Below are positions 63,647 to 64,000 of a stretch of DNA of 64,000 nt, one piece after another. The number at the start of each line of letters is the position of its first letter. The first letter of the stretch is position 1. The position numbers were made by a program, and so were the translations under genes. The stretch is from the NCBI RefSeq assembly GCF_001194135.2, contig NC_068988.1:13535459-13599458 (forward strand), given 5' to 3'. Origin of the DNA: Octopus bimaculoides. Lineage: Eukaryota. A model generated the notes under the pieces. The model saw nothing but the letters and a program-made list of their open reading frames with translations. It was not told the origin of the DNA and did no database searches.

Positions 63647-64000
63647 CTGATTGGCTGTTGACTCATTAATATTCTAGCAGTTGTGTATCTTCGTTTAAAT
63701 ATTGGTCTTATAATCAAGAAATGATGATGGGTTAGACTGGTTTCTAGCTATCACGCTATTAGTTACTTACATATCATGCTTACATGCATCTTTACATCTC
63801 AGCTGCAGGGAGCCTTTGTCCCTTCATCCAGATATCAGTTCACCACAGAACAGGTGTTTTAGAATGCAACCATCACTCATGTGATGACCATATATATTAT
63901 AACACATAGAGCTTGCAGAGTTAAGAGAATTTACTATCATTAGCACTGGAAAATGACTATAGAGGGGCTGTTCACCCTGGCAAGTACAGTAATGGGGCAG

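Noticed and set aside
63966-63993. GCSP/GKYSN resembling the SLC10 exon-2 motif GCxPGGxxSN
   Set aside because: Needs a frameshift, has in-frame stops just upstream and no usable acceptor; exon 2 probably lies beyond the window.

Overview
AT-rich animal genomic DNA with six N-gaps, dense (TA)n/(TG)n/(GA)n microsatellites and many retroelement relics. The repeat families look like those of Octopus (tRNA-derived OK/OR-type SINEs, RTE LINEs with (GAT)n tails); that assignment comes from recalled repeat sequences, not a search. Only one host coding exon is recognisable: the first coding exon (52698-53108, +) of an SLC10 (sodium/bile-acid cotransporter) family gene. It has a long SLC10A4-like N-terminal extension, an overlapping uORF and a possible in-frame exitron, and exon 2 is not in the window. 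The other ~52 kb upstream is intergenic or intronic. It holds fragments of at least four RTE-type LINE lineages, an R4/Dong LINE, a CR1/L2-group LINE, a Penelope-like relic, a mariner MITE and about 25 SINE copies. Labels used here: SINE A = tRNA-like head AAGGYGGYGAGCTGGCAGAA; SINE B = tRNA-like head plus CORE-like CACCTTGGGCAAGTGTCTTCTA; tail X = GATAGAATAAGTAC...ATGACTGAAACAAGTAAAAG; tail Y = RTE tail CCATGC-NN-GCATGG...GTTAAA(C)GATGATG. The most interesting structure is the retroelement ecosystem: modular SINE head/tail swapping, a hairpin-rich 66-bp VNTR in the RTE 3'UTR, a conserved palindromic tail, (ATT)n-targeted SINE A next to an R4/Dong relic, and a mismatch-free 41-bp fold-back. 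I found no convincing new protein-coding system. Almost all ORF-track entries are artefacts of microsatellites, gaps or base composition. Repeat boundaries are approximate (about +/-10-20 bp).
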